Of a DNA stretch of 64,000 nt, positions 9,431 to 20,070 are shown one piece after another. The notes under the pieces are model-generated. The model saw only the letters and a list, made by a program, of their open reading frames with translations. It did no database searches and was not told the origin of the DNA. This DNA is from an uncultured Candidatus Rokubacteria bacterium. Its GTDB lineage: Bacteria > Methylomirabilota > Methylomirabilia > Rokubacteriales > CSP1-6. Both the position numbers and the translations under genes were made by a program. The stretch covers positions 576,001 through 640,000 of the forward strand of contig CAVVEU010000024.1 of the NCBI GenBank assembly GCA_963747235.1, given 5' to 3'. The first letter of the stretch is position 1. Every line of letters begins with the position of its first letter.

Positions 9431-9853
9431 ATGCCATCGGTCACCCGCGTGCGCGTGCGCTACAAGGACACCGACACCATGTCGGTCGTCTACTACGGCA
9501 ACTACCTGACCTACTTCGAGGTGGGGCGCGTGGAGTTCCTGCGCGAGTACGGCTGGCCCATGTCGGCGGTGAACGAGCGCGTGCACCTGCCGGTGGTGGA
9601 AGCCTTCGTGAAGTACGTGAAGCCGGCGAAGCTCGACGATCTGCTGGAAGTCGTCTCGCGGGTGAGCGAGCGCAAGCGGGCCAGCTTCCGGTTCAGCTAC
9701 GAGATCCGCAACGAGGCCAAGGAGCTGGTGGCCACCGGGCACACCGTGCACGCCTGCTGGAACCCGGCCACCGCCAAGATGATTCCCATCCCGGACTGGC
9801 TGAAGGAGATCATGCCCGATGCCGACCTCGACCCCGTCACGCCCCGACGCTGA
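9431..9853 (+). CDS. Acyl-CoA thioesterase (YbgC/FadM family)
   Basis: [26 protein letters not shown] hot-dog motif. Confidence 0.9.
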   Translation: MPSVTRVRVRYKDTDTMSVVYYGNYLTYFEVGRVEFLREYGWPMSAVNERVHLPVVEAFVKYVKPAKLDDLLEVVSRVSERKRASFRFSYEIRNEAKELVATGHTVHACWNPATAKMIPIPDWLKEIMPDADLDPVTPRR

Positions 9854-11496
9854 CCGGCAGCCCCGGCCGATCGCCGAGATCGCGCGCGAGCTCGGCCTCG
9901 GCCCGGAGGAGTGGATCCCCTACGGCCACGACAAGGCCAAGGTGCGCGTCGGCGCGCTGGCCGCCCGCCGCGATCGGCCCGACGGCAAGCTCGTGGTGGT
10001 GTCGTCCATCACCCCGACCCCGGCCGGCGACGGCAAGACCACCATGACCATCGGCATCGGGCAGGCGCTGTCGCGCGTCGGCGCCCGGCCGGTGATCGCG
10101 CTGCGCGAGCCGTCCATCGGGCCGACGCTCGGCATGAAGGGCGGCGGCACCGGGGGCGGCAAGGCGCAGGTGGTGCCGATGGAGGAGATCAACCTCCACT
10201 TCACCGGCGACTTCCACGCGATCACCTCGGCGCACAACCTGCTCGCCGCCGCCATCGACAACCACCTCCACCACGGCAACCCGCTCGGCATCGACGTCCG
10301 CCAGGTGGCGTGGAAGCGCGTCCTCGACGTCAACGACCGCGCCCTGCGCAGCGTGGTGGTCGGGCTCGGCGGGCGCCTCGACGGCGTGCCGCGCGAGGCG
10401 GGCTTCCTCATCACCTCGGCCTCCGAGATCATGGCCGCGCTCTGCCTGGCCGAGGACCTGATGGATCTCAAGCAGCGGCTCGGCCGGATGCTGGTCGCGC
10501 TGACCGCCGACGGCAAGCCGGTGACCGCCGACGCGCTCGGGGTGACCGGCGCGATGATCGCGCTGCTGCGCGACGCCATCCACCCGAACCTGGTGCAGAC
10601 GATGGAGGGCACGCCCGCGCTGGTGCACGGGGGGCCGTTCGCCAACATCGCCCACGGCTGCAACTCGGTGCTGGCCACCCGGCTCGCGCTCAAGCTCGGC
10701 GACATCTGCCTCACCGAGGCGGGCTTCGCCACCGACCTGGGCGCCGAGAAGTTCTTCGACATCAAGTGCCGGCTCGCGGGGCTCACGGCCCGACGCGGCC
10801 ATGATCGTGGCCACCGCGCGGGCGCTCAAGTACCACGGCGGGGTGCCGGTGCCGGAGCTGGACCGGGAGAACGTGGCCGCGCTCACCCTCGGACTCGACA
10901 ACCTGGAGGCGCACGTGGACGCGGTGCGCCAGTTCAAGGTGCCGGTCCTCATCGGGATGAATCGCTACCCGTCGGACACCGAGGCGGAATACGCGGCGGT
11001 GCGGGAGCGCTGCGCGCGGCTCGGGGTGGCGGTGCACGTGGCCGACGTGTTCGGGCGCGGGGGCGCGGGCGGCGAGGAGCTGGCCCGGGGCCTGCTCGCC
11101 CTCCTGGCCCGGGAGCGCTCGGCCTTCGCGCCGCTCTACGCGCTCGACGACCCCATCACGGTGAAGCTCGACACCATCGCGCGGCGGATCTACGGCGCCG
11201 ACGGCGTCGAATATCCCAAGCGGGTCGAGCGTCAGATCGCGCAGGCCGAATCCCTCGGCTACGGGAGGCTACCGATCTGCGTCGCGAAGACCCAGCGCTC
11301 GCTGTCCGACGATCCGGCCCTGCTGAATCGCCCCCGCGGGTTCAAGATCACCGTCAACGAGATCCGCATCTCGGCGGGCGCCGGCTTCCTGGTGGCCATC
11401 ACCGGTGACATCACCACCATGCCCGGGCTGCCGCGCCGTCCCAACGCCGAGAAGGTGGACGTCACGCCGGACGGCGTCATCACGGGGCTCTTCTAG
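9819..11496 (+). CDS. fhs: Formate--tetrahydrofolate ligase (frameshift near 10790)
   Basis: [62 protein letters not shown]...ITGLF. Confidence 0.95.
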
Positions 11497-11544
11497 GCCT
11501 GTGCTATACTTTGCGGCGGTCCCCGCGGAAATCGGACCGCACGT

Positions 11545-12525
11545 ATGATCCAAGTCGACAATCTCACGAAGCGCTACGGACCGGTCACGGCCATCCACGA
11601 TGTGTCCTTCACCGTGGAGAAGGGCCGCATCGTCGGCTTTCTCGGCCCCAACGGGGCGGGCAAGTCCACCACGATGAAGATCCTCTCGTGCTTCATGCCC
11701 GCCAGCGGCGGCACCGCCCGCGTGGCCGGCTTCGACGTGTTCTCCCAGTCGTTGGAGGTCCGGCGACGCATCGGCTATCTCCCGGAGAACGCGCCGCTCT
11801 ACCCCGATCTCTCGGTCGCGTCCTATCTGGACTTCGTGGCCGAGATCAAGGGCGTGGGGCGGACCGCGCGGCGCGGGCGGGTGGCCGACGTGATGGAGCG
11901 GTGCTTCATCGGGGACATGCAGAACCGCCTGATCGGCAAGCTCTCCAAGGGCTACCGGCAGCGGGTGGGGCTGGCCCAGGCCCTCCTGGGCGATCCGGAG
12001 GTGCTGATCCTGGACGAGCCCACCATCGGACTCGACCCGCGGCAGATCGCGGAGATCCGCGCGCTGATCCGGTCGCTGGCCGGGCAGCACACCGTGATCC
12101 TGTCCACCCACATCCTCCCCGAGGTCTCGATGGTGTGCGACGGCGTCGTCATCATCAACCGCGGGCGCATCGTGGCCCAGGGCACCGAGTCCGAGCTCGT
12201 CCAGCAGGCCTTTCCGTCCGCGCGCATCGAGCTGCGGGTGGCGGGCGCCGACGGCGACCTGGCCGCCGCGGTGGCCGCGATCCCGGGCGTGGTGGGCGTG
12301 CAGCCGCTCGCGCCCCGCGACGGCGGCGTCGGGGTGCTGGTGGAAGCGGCGCGCGACCGCGACGTGCGGCCCGACCTGGTCCGCCTCGTCACCGGCAAGG
12401 GCTGGACGCTCCAGGAGCTGCACCCGGTCGGCATGAGCCTCGAGGAGGTCTTCATCCGCGTGGTCGCGGGCGAGCAGGAGCCGCACGAGCCGGTCCCGGC
12501 GACGGCGGAGGAGGAGACGCGCTGA
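11545..12525 (+). CDS. ABC transporter ATP-binding protein (GldA-like)
   Basis: GPNGAGKST, LSKGYRQRVG, ILDEPT. Confidence 0.95.
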   Translation: MIQVDNLTKRYGPVTAIHDVSFTVEKGRIVGFLGPNGAGKSTTMKILSCFMPASGGTARVAGFDVFSQSLEVRRRIGYLPENAPLYPDLSVASYLDFVAEIKGVGRTARRGRVADVMERCFIGDMQNRLIGKLSKGYRQRVGLAQALLGDPEVLILDEPTIGLDPRQIAEIRALIRSLAGQHTVILSTHILPEVSMVCDGVVIINRGRIVAQGTESELVQQAFPSARIELRVAGADGDLAAAVAAIPGVVGVQPLAPRDGGVGVLVEAARDRDVRPDLVRLVTGKGWTLQELHPVGMSLEEVFIRVVAGEQEPHEPVPATAEEETR

Positions 12526-13292
12526 TGCGCTGGCTGCCCGTGTTCAAGAAGGAGATGCGGCTGTACTTCGGCTCGCCGGTGGCCTACGTGGTCTTCACGT
12601 TCTTCCTGGTGATCTCCGGCTGGTTCTTCAGCCAGATCTTCCTCTTCTACAGCGACGCCTCCATGCGGTCGTTCATGCAGCCGCAGTTCGGCCAGAACCT
12701 CAACGTGGTGGACAACGTGATGCGCCCGCTCTTCACCAACATGAGCGTGGTGCTCCTGTTCTTCATCCCGATGCTGACCATGCGGCTCTTCGCCGAGGAG
12801 AAGAAGTCGGGGACGATGGAGCTGCTGCTGACGTACCCGGTGCGCGACGGCGAGGTGCTCGCCGGCAAGTACCTGGCCGCCCTCGCCCTCTACCTGATCC
12901 TGCTCGGCCTGACCCTGCTCTACCCGGGGCTCGTCGCGTACTTCACCCGGGTCGAGTGGGGACCGATCCTGACCGGGTACCTGGGCCTGATCCTGATCGG
13001 CGCGGTGTTCCTCGCGGTCGGCGTGCTCGTCTCCTCGCTGACCGAGAACCAGATCGTGGCCGGCTTCGGCACCTTCGGGATGCTGCTCGCGTTCTGGGTC
13101 ATCGGCTGGGGCGCCGAGTTCGCGGGCGGCACCATGCGCACCGTGCTCCAGTACCTCTCGATCGGCGACCATCTGGAAGGCTTCACCCGCGGCCTCATCG
13201 ACACCAAGGACCTCGTGTACTTCGTGACCGGCGTGGCGCTGGCCCTGTTCCTCACCCTGCGCTCGCTCGAGTCGAAGCGGTGGAGGGGCTAG
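12525..13292 (+). CDS. ABC-2 type permease (GldF-like)
   Basis: TMRLFAEEKKSGTMELLLTYP; about 6 TM segments; overlaps the upstream stop. Confidence 0.9.
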   Translation: MRWLPVFKKEMRLYFGSPVAYVVFTFFLVISGWFFSQIFLFYSDASMRSFMQPQFGQNLNVVDNVMRPLFTNMSVVLLFFIPMLTMRLFAEEKKSGTMELLLTYPVRDGEVLAGKYLAALALYLILLGLTLLYPGLVAYFTRVEWGPILTGYLGLILIGAVFLAVGVLVSSLTENQIVAGFGTFGMLLAFWVIGWGAEFAGGTMRTVLQYLSIGDHLEGFTRGLIDTKDLVYFVTGVALALFLTLRSLESKRWRG

Positions 13293-13296
13293 CCCG

Positions 13297-14874
13297 ATGA
13301 GATGGCTCAAGCGCCACACGCTCACCGCGGCGGTGGTCTCCCTGCTACTGGCCCTCGCCCTCTGGCACTTCTACCCGGGCGTGCCCGCCCAGTGGCTCTT
13401 CCTGGGCCTGGGGGGCGCCCTGCTGCTGCTCTCGCTCGCCTTCAACGCGGGCGAGGCGCGCACCGCGATGGGCACCCGCACCGCGCGCTACGGCGCGGGG
13501 GCGGCGGTGATGGCGCTGCTCGCCCTCGGCATCGTGGTGGCGGCCAACGCGATCTCGCTCCGGCACAGCGTCCGCTGGGACTTCACCGAGAACAAGCGCA
13601 ACAGCGTCTCGCCCCAGACGATCCAGGTGCTGCGGACCCTGAAGGCTCCGGTCAGCGCGATCGCCTTCTTCCGCTCCGACACCCCGGGCAAGAAGGTGGC
13701 GGAGGACCTGCTCACCCAGTACGCGACCTACTCGCGCGGCAAGTTCACGTGGCGCCTGGAGGACACCGACCGGGCGCCCGCCCTGGCCCGGCAGTACGGG
13801 GTGGAGAGCTACGGCACCGTGGTGCTGGAGGGCGGCCCGGCGGGCCAGACGCGCACCGAGAAGGTGCAGGACGCCGAGGAGGAGAAGCTCACCAACGCCA
13901 TCGTCAAGATCACCCGCGCGGGCAAGCGGGTCGTCTACGTGCTCAAGGGCCACGGCGAGCGCGAGATCGGGAGCACCGACCGGGCCGGCTTCAGCCAGGC
14001 CAAGGAGCAGATGGAGAAGGCCAACTACGAGGTCAAGGACCTCTTCCTGGCCCGGGACCCGAAGATCCCCGAGGACGCGGCGATCGTGATGGTGCCGAGC
14101 CCGAAGACGGATCTCTTCCCGCAGGAGCTGGCCGCGCTCGACGGCTACATCGCGAAGGCGGGCAAGGTCTTCTTCATGACCGCGCCCTTCCAGGCCGATA
14201 CCACCGCGAAGTACCTGACCAAGTACGGGATCGTGGTGGACGAGGACGTGGTGATCGAGCTCAACCCGATCGGCCAGCTCTTCGGGGTGGGCCCGCTCGT
14301 CCCGGTGGTGGGGCAGTACGAGCCGCATCCGATCACCAAGGACATGGGCGGGGTCATGACGCTGTTCCCGCTCACCCGCTCGGTGGCGCCGGCCAAGGCG
14401 CTGCCGAAGGGCGTGCAGGCCTCGGTGCTGGCCCAGACGAGCCGCCAGTCGTGGGGCGAGACCGACAAGGCCGTGTTCCAGACCGGCAAGGCCACCCCGG
14501 ATCCCAACGAGAAGACGGGGCCGCTCTCGGTGGCGCTGGTGGCCACGGTGGACGCGCAGCCCGATCCGAAGGCGGAGGGCGACGCGGCCAAGAAGGCGCC
14601 CAAGGCCCGCCTCGTGGTGGTGGGCACCGCCGACTTCGCCTCCAACCAGTTCCTGGGGGCGCAGGGCAATCGCGACTTCTTCCTCAACATCGTGTCCTGG
14701 CTCGCGGAGGAGGAGGATCTCATCTCGATCCGCGCCAAGGATCCGAAGCAGAACCCGGTGGTGCTGACCTCCGGCCAGTCCCGGCTGGTGCTGGGCCTGC
14801 CGATCCTGGTGCTGCCGGGCGCCGTCCTGATCTGCGGCATCGCGGTGATCATGCAGCGGCGCCGCGCGCGCTAG
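13297..14874 (+). CDS. GldG-like ABC transporter auxiliary protein
   Basis: N-terminal TMs, DFTENKRNSVSPQT, GHGE motif, NRDFFLNIVSWL, C-terminal TM. Confidence 0.85.
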   Translation: MRWLKRHTLTAAVVSLLLALALWHFYPGVPAQWLFLGLGGALLLLSLAFNAGEARTAMGTRTARYGAGAAVMALLALGIVVAANAISLRHSVRWDFTENKRNSVSPQTIQVLRTLKAPVSAIAFFRSDTPGKKVAEDLLTQYATYSRGKFTWRLEDTDRAPALARQYGVESYGTVVLEGGPAGQTRTEKVQDAEEEKLTNAIVKITRAGKRVVYVLKGHGEREIGSTDRAGFSQAKEQMEKANYEVKDLFLARDPKIPEDAAIVMVPSPKTDLFPQELAALDGYIAKAGKVFFMTAPFQADTTAKYLTKYGIVVDEDVVIELNPIGQLFGVGPLVPVVGQYEPHPITKDMGGVMTLFPLTRSVAPAKALPKGVQASVLAQTSRQSWGETDKAVFQTGKATPDPNEKTGPLSVALVATVDAQPDPKAEGDAAKKAPKARLVVVGTADFASNQFLGAQGNRDFFLNIVSWLAEEEDLISIRAKDPKQNPVVLTSGQSRLVLGLPILVLPGAVLICGIAVIMQRRRAR

Positions 14875-14878
14875 CCCC

Positions 14879-16655
14879 ATGGCGCGAGGCAAGACCCTCG
14901 TCGTTCTCCTGCTCCTCGCCGCCGGTCTCGGCGGCTTCTTCTACTACGACACCTACTGGCTCAACCCCAAGCGCGAGAAGGCGGAGTCCGCGAAGGGGCG
15001 CATCTGGACCGTCGAGCCCAAGGACGTCGAGGGCGTCACCATCGCCCGCAAGGGCGAGACCGTCCGGCTGAAGCGCACCGCGGACGGCTGGGAGATGCTC
15101 GAGCCCCTGCGCGTGCGGGCCGACAAGGCCGCGGTGGACGACATGGTGACCGGCCTCGCCACCGCGCGCATGGACCGCGAGATCGATCCCAATCCGGCCA
15201 AGCCGGCCGATTTCGGGCTCGCGCCCCCGGAGGCGGAGGTGCGCCTCGACGTCAAGGGCGCCGCCGCGCCGCTCGTCCTCCGGGTGGGCAGCAAGAACCC
15301 GACCGGGGTCTGGGTCTACGCGCGCGAGGGCGACAAGCCCGCGGTGATGACGATGTCGGAGAGCGTCGCGCGCGACACCGCGCGCCCGGTGGCCGATTTC
15401 CGCGATCGCAGCGTGATGGCCTTCGACCGGCGCAATCTGACCGGCCTCGACCTCGACGTGGCCGGCGATCAGATCGGCCTCGTCGCCGACGAGCCGGGCA
15501 AGTGGCGCATCGTGAAGCCGCGCCCGCTCCGCGCCGACGCGGACATGGTGGCCGATTTCCTCGAGAAGCTGGAAGGCGCCAAGGCGCTCGAGTTCGCGGA
15601 CGACGCGCCGAAGTCGCTCGCGCCCTACGGGCTCGACAAGCCGTCCCGCGTCACGGTGTGGCTCGGCCGCGACAAGGACCGCTCGTCCCGGACCCTGCTG
15701 GTGGGGCGCCCGGTGCCGGAGAAGAAAGGCGTCTACGTCAAGCGCGACGGCGAGCCGGGCGTGCTCCTGACCGCGGAGGCGGTGTGGACGACGTTCCCGA
15801 AGACGGTGGCGGTGCTGCGCGACAAGACCGTCGTCACCTACGCCTACGACAAGCTCACGAAGGTGGAGCTCGCGCACGGGCGCGGCAGCGTCACGCTGGA
15901 GAAGGACGGCACCGGCTGGAAGCTCACCGCGCCCGAGGCGCTCCGAGGCCGATTCGTCCGCGGTGACCGGGCTCCTGTGGAAGATCCGCGACCTGCGCGC
16001 GCTCGGCTTTCTCGCCGAGAGCCCTGCCGAGGCCCCGCGCTTCCTGCCCCGGCCCGAGGTCACGGTGCGGCTCTGGGAGGAGGGCGCCAAGGAGCCGAAG
16101 ACGCTCCTGCTGCAGTCCTCGACGGAGCGCCGCGGCGGGCAGCCCGTGGCGGTGGCCGCGGTGCGAGGGGAGGGCCCCGTGATGCTGGTCGACGGGAAGA
16201 TGCTCGCGGACCTCGCCCCGGGGATCGCCGAGCTGCGCGACCGGGCCCTGCTCCCCGCGTTCGAGATCGGCGACGTCAAGAAGGCGCGCGTGGCCGCGGG
16301 CGACAAGCCCCTGGTCGTGGAGAAGAGCGGCGAGTCGGAGTGGAAGGTGGTGGAGCCGGCGCGCGGGAAGACCAAGGAAGGCCGCGTGGCCGGCATGCTC
16401 CTGACGCTCCGGGGCCTCAAGTGGAAGGAGATCGCGGCCAAGGGTCCGGAGGACGCGGCCAAGTGGGGCCTCGACAAGCCCGAGGTGGAGCTGACCCTGT
16501 TCAAGGACGGCGGCGCCGAGCTGGCCACGCTCTTGGTCGGGCGCACCGACGGCGCCGTGACCTACGTGAAGTTGAAGGCCGAGCCCGGCATCTTCGCGGT
16601 GTCCAGCAAGGACCTGGACGACCTGCGCAAGGCAAGAGCCGAGATTCCCTCCTGA
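14879..16655 (+). CDS. DUF4340 domain protein with three repeats (frameshift near 15950)
   Basis: N-terminal anchor; repeated FGLAPP/YGLDKP/WGLDKP units; usual partner of GldAFG-like systems. Confidence 0.8.
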
Positions 16656-16722
16656 AACCCGGCTTCTCCGGCCGGGGCGACAGTGGCAGAATAGGGTTGT
16701 CCAGAGAGGCGTCCGATCGATC

Positions 16723-17112
16723 ATGAGCCTACGCGCCGTCGTCGCCAGTCTCGCGCTGCTCGCCCTGGCCGGCTCGCTCGGTCCGGCAATCGCCGGTGAG
16801 CTGCGGCCGACCGTGCTGGCGCCGAATCCCTTCGCCATGACGCCGCCTCCCGGGCCCCTCGAGCCCCGCCCCACGCCCAGCGTGCCGGTCCGGCCGCCCC
16901 ACGGCCACCCCGGCCGCCCGCCGGTCTTCTCGGCCCCGTCGGTGGTCTGCTGCGCGGGTTACTGGGCCTATCAATGGGTGCCCACCGCGTACACGACCTA
17001 TGTGTGGGTGCCGGGATACATCACGGCGGAGGGGGTCATGGTCGGCGGCTCCTACCAGCCGCAGCTCGTGAGCGGCGGGTACTATCAGCTCGTGTGGGTG
17101 AGCGGGAACTGA
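16723..17112 (+). CDS. Small secreted Pro-rich protein with W/Y-rich (WVPGY-type) C-terminus
   Basis: Signal peptide; PPPGP region; YWAYQWVP..YVWVPGY. Confidence 0.6.
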   Translation: MSLRAVVASLALLALAGSLGPAIAGELRPTVLAPNPFAMTPPPGPLEPRPTPSVPVRPPHGHPGRPPVFSAPSVVCCAGYWAYQWVPTAYTTYVWVPGYITAEGVMVGGSYQPQLVSGGYYQLVWVSGN

Positions 17113-17798
17113 TGGCGCAGCCTCCGCTCTACCTGAAGCAGATCGAGCTGGGGCCGATGCAGAACTTCGTCTACCTCATCGGCGACCAGGCGAGCCGCGA
17201 GTGCGTGGTGGTGGATCCGGCGTGGGAGATCGACGGTATCGCGGACCTGGCGGCCAAGGACGACATGCGGCTCATCGGCGCGCTGGTCACCCACACCCAT
17301 CAGGACCACGTGGGCGGCCACCTCTTCGGCCACGACATCCCGGGCGTGGAAGAGCTGCTCGCCAAGCACCCCATGAAGGTCTACGTGCACGAGGCCGAGC
17401 GCGAGTTCCTCAAGGGCTTCGGCTCGGACGTGGTGCAGGTGCGGGGCGGGGACACGCTCCAGGTGGGGCAGGTGCCGCTGACGTTCATCCACACGCCCGG
17501 GCACACGCCGGGCTCGCAGTGCTTCCTGGTGGACGGCTGCCTCATCTCCGGCGACACGCTCTTCATCCGCTCGTGCGGCCGCACCGATCTGCCCGGCAGC
17601 GATCCCCAGGAGATGTATACCTCGCTCACGCAGCGCCTGGGCGCGCTGCCCGAGGAGACGGTGGTGCTGCCCGGCCACAACTACGGCGGCTCGCAGACCA
17701 CCATCGGCGCCGAGAAGCGCCAGAACCCGATGATGCGCTTTCCGTCCATGAGCGACTTCATGCGCGCCATGGGCGGTGGTCGCGTCGGCCGCACATAA
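17112..17798 (+). CDS. MBL-fold metallo-hydrolase (glyoxalase II-like)
   Basis: THTHQDHVGG, HTPGHTPG, SGDTLF, PGHNY. Confidence 0.9.
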   Translation: MAQPPLYLKQIELGPMQNFVYLIGDQASRECVVVDPAWEIDGIADLAAKDDMRLIGALVTHTHQDHVGGHLFGHDIPGVEELLAKHPMKVYVHEAEREFLKGFGSDVVQVRGGDTLQVGQVPLTFIHTPGHTPGSQCFLVDGCLISGDTLFIRSCGRTDLPGSDPQEMYTSLTQRLGALPEETVVLPGHNYGGSQTTIGAEKRQNPMMRFPSMSDFMRAMGGGRVGRT

Positions 17799-18685
17799 CC
17801 GCACCCGCCCTCCTCGTCGTCAACCCCGCGGCCGGCGGCGGCCGCGCCCGGCGCCTCTGGCCATCCCTCCGCGACTCGCTCACCCGGCAGCGCTTCGCCT
17901 TCGAGATGGTCGAGACGCGCGGGCGCGGCCACGCCGCGACGCTGGCCGCCGAGGCCGCGCGGGCCGGCGTCTCCCTCGTGGTCGCGGTGGGCGGCGACGG
18001 CACGCTGAACGAGGTGGTCAATGGCCTCGTCCCGCTGCGCGCGGAGCATCCGGTGACCGTCGGCGCGCTCATGACCGGACGCGGGCGCGATGCCTGCCGC
18101 AACCTGGGCCTCGCGCGGGATCCCCGGCGCGCCGCGCGCCGCCTCGTGGAGGGACGCGTCGTCGCGCTGGATGTCGGGCTGGCCCGGTGGCCGGGTGGCC
18201 ACCGGTACTTCCTGGGCTCGGCCGGCACGGGATTCGACGCGGTGGTGGCCGCGCGGACCGGCGCGCGTGGCGGGCGGCTGATCTACGCGCGCGCGGTGCT
18301 GACGAGCTTGCGCGACTACCGGCCCGCCGAGATCGCGGTGCGCCTGGACGATGCCGACGCGTGGGCCGGCCCCGCGGCGAGCGTGGTGGTGTGCAACGGC
18401 GCCTGGTTCGGGGGCGGCATGCGCATCGCGCCGGGCGCCCGCCCCGACGACGGCCTCCTCGACGTGGTCCGGCTGGGCGCGCTCGGCCGGCTCGAGCTGG
18501 CCGGCTGGCTCCCCACCGTGTACTGGGGCGGCCATCTCGCCAATCCCCGGATCGCGCTCCGGCGCGCGGCCCGGGTGCGGGTGGACGCGGCCGCGCCGCT
18601 TCCGGTCCAGCTCGACGGTGAGCTCGGCGCCCACACCCCGCTCGACATCGAGATCTGCCCCGGCGCCCTCCGCCTCCTGGTGTAG
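17795..18685 (+). CDS. Diacylglycerol/lipid kinase family protein (YegS/DagK-like); start codon uncertain, possibly ATA
   Basis: VVNPAAGGG, AVGGDGTLNEVVNG, NGAWFGGG, QLDGE. Confidence 0.85.
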   Translation: MTAPALLVVNPAAGGGRARRLWPSLRDSLTRQRFAFEMVETRGRGHAATLAAEAARAGVSLVVAVGGDGTLNEVVNGLVPLRAEHPVTVGALMTGRGRDACRNLGLARDPRRAARRLVEGRVVALDVGLARWPGGHRYFLGSAGTGFDAVVAARTGARGGRLIYARAVLTSLRDYRPAEIAVRLDDADAWAGPAASVVVCNGAWFGGGMRIAPGARPDDGLLDVVRLGALGRLELAGWLPTVYWGGHLANPRIALRRAARVRVDAAAPLPVQLDGELGAHTPLDIEICPGALRLLV

Positions 18686-18690
18686 CGCCG

Positions 18691-19449
18691 CTAGAGGGCG
18701 GACATGCCTCCGTCCACGAAGAGCACCTGGCCGGTGATGTAGTCGGAGCAGGTGGCGAAGAAGCGGACCGCCTCCGCCACGTCGGCGGGCCGCCCGTGCC
18801 GGCCCATCGGGATGCGCGCGGCGAGGCGGCGCCCCGATTCGCGCGGGAAGCCCTCGGGCAGCAGCACCACCCCGGGCGCGACCGCGTTCACCTGGATGCG
18901 CGGGGCCAGGGCCACCGCGAGGCCGCGGGTGAGCATGACCACGCCCGCCTTGGAGATGCCGTAGGGCACGTAGCCGGCCCAGGCGCGCACCGCGCCGACG
19001 TCCGCGATGTTGATGATGCGCCCGCCGCGCCGGCCCATGGCGCGGGCGGCCGCCTGGCTCACGAAGAACGGCGCGCGCAGGTTGACCGCGAGGAGCCGGT
19101 CGAACTGGGCGGGGGTGGTGGTGAGCACCGGCGTGCGGAAGAAGAGCGCCGCGTTGTTGACCAGGATGTCGAGACGGCCCAGGCGCCGCACCGCGCCCGC
19201 CACGAGCGCGCGCGCCTCGCGCGGCCGCGCCACGTCGGCGCGCAGCGCGACCGCGCGCACGCCGCGCGCCTCGAGCTCGCGCACCGCGGCGCGCGCCTCC
19301 ACGGCCGAGCGGCGGTAGCCCACCGCCACGTCGGCGCCCGCGTCCGCGAGCGCGCGCGCGATCTCGAGGCCGACGCGCACCGCACCGCCGGTGACGAGCG
19401 CCACCTTGCCGGTCAGTTCCTTGACTTGCCCTGGGCCGTGTGGTCTCAT
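18691..19449 (-). CDS. SDR oxidoreductase (pteridine reductase/FolM-like)
   Basis: VALVTGGAVRVG, LVNNAA, YGISK (YxxxK), ITGQVLFVDGG. Confidence 0.85.
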   Translation of the reverse strand: MRPHGPGQVKELTGKVALVTGGAVRVGLEIARALADAGADVAVGYRRSAVEARAAVRELEARGVRAVALRADVARPREARALVAGAVRRLGRLDILVNNAALFFRTPVLTTTPAQFDRLLAVNLRAPFFVSQAAARAMGRRGGRIINIADVGAVRAWAGYVPYGISKAGVVMLTRGLAVALAPRIQVNAVAPGVVLLPEGFPRESGRRLAARIPMGRHGRPADVAEAVRFFATCSDYITGQVLFVDGGMSAL

Positions 19450-19458
19450 CGATTTGAC

Positions 19459-20070
19459 ATGTCGGGTAGTTTCCGCAACTGGATGAAGGTTCGGTTCATC
19501 ACCGGACTGTTCTCCACCGTTCCCGCGATCGCCACGGCCTGGCTGCTGTGGGTGTTCTGGAACGCGATCGACGATTTTTTCTCCCCGGTGTACACCCAGA
19601 TCCTCGGCCGGCGCATTCCCGGTCTGGGCTTCCTCACCGCGGTCGTCATCATCTTCATGATGGGCACGATCGCCCGCAACGTGGTCGGCCGGCGCATCCT
19701 CGCCCGCATCGAGCGCCTCTTCGAGCACGTGCCGATCTTCCGCAGCATCTACCCCTCCGTGAAGCAGCTGCTGGAGTCGTTCTCCCCCCAGCAGCGCAAC
19801 TCCTTCAAGGCGGTGGTCCTGGCCGAGCACCCGCGCAAAGGCGAGTACGTCTTCGGCTTCGTCACGTCCGAGCTGCTGCTCGAGGGTGTCGAGGGCAAGC
19901 GCGCCATGGTGACGGTGTTCGTGCCCACGAACAACCTCTACCTGGGTGACGTGATCGTGGTGGCGAAGGAGGAGACGCTGCCCACCGGCCTCACCGTGGA
20001 GGAGGGCATCCGCATCATCCTCTCCGCGGGCACCGCCACGCCGCCCCGGCTGCCGCGCGAGCGGCTCTGA
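19459..20070 (+). CDS. DUF502 membrane protein
   Basis: Two TMs, VPIFRSIYPSVKQL, VFVPT. Confidence 0.85.
   Translation: MSGSFRNWMKVRFITGLFSTVPAIATAWLLWVFWNAIDDFFSPVYTQILGRRIPGLGFLTAVVIIFMMGTIARNVVGRRILARIERLFEHVPIFRSIYPSVKQLLESFSPQQRNSFKAVVLAEHPRKGEYVFGFVTSELLLEGVEGKRAMVTVFVPTNNLYLGDVIVVAKEETLPTGLTVEEGIRIILSAGTATPPRLPRERL

Noticed and set aside
10780-10800. Programmed ribosomal frameshifting in fhs and other split genes
   Set aside because: No slippery heptamers at the junctions, and breaks are too frequent and scattered. Assembly error is simpler.
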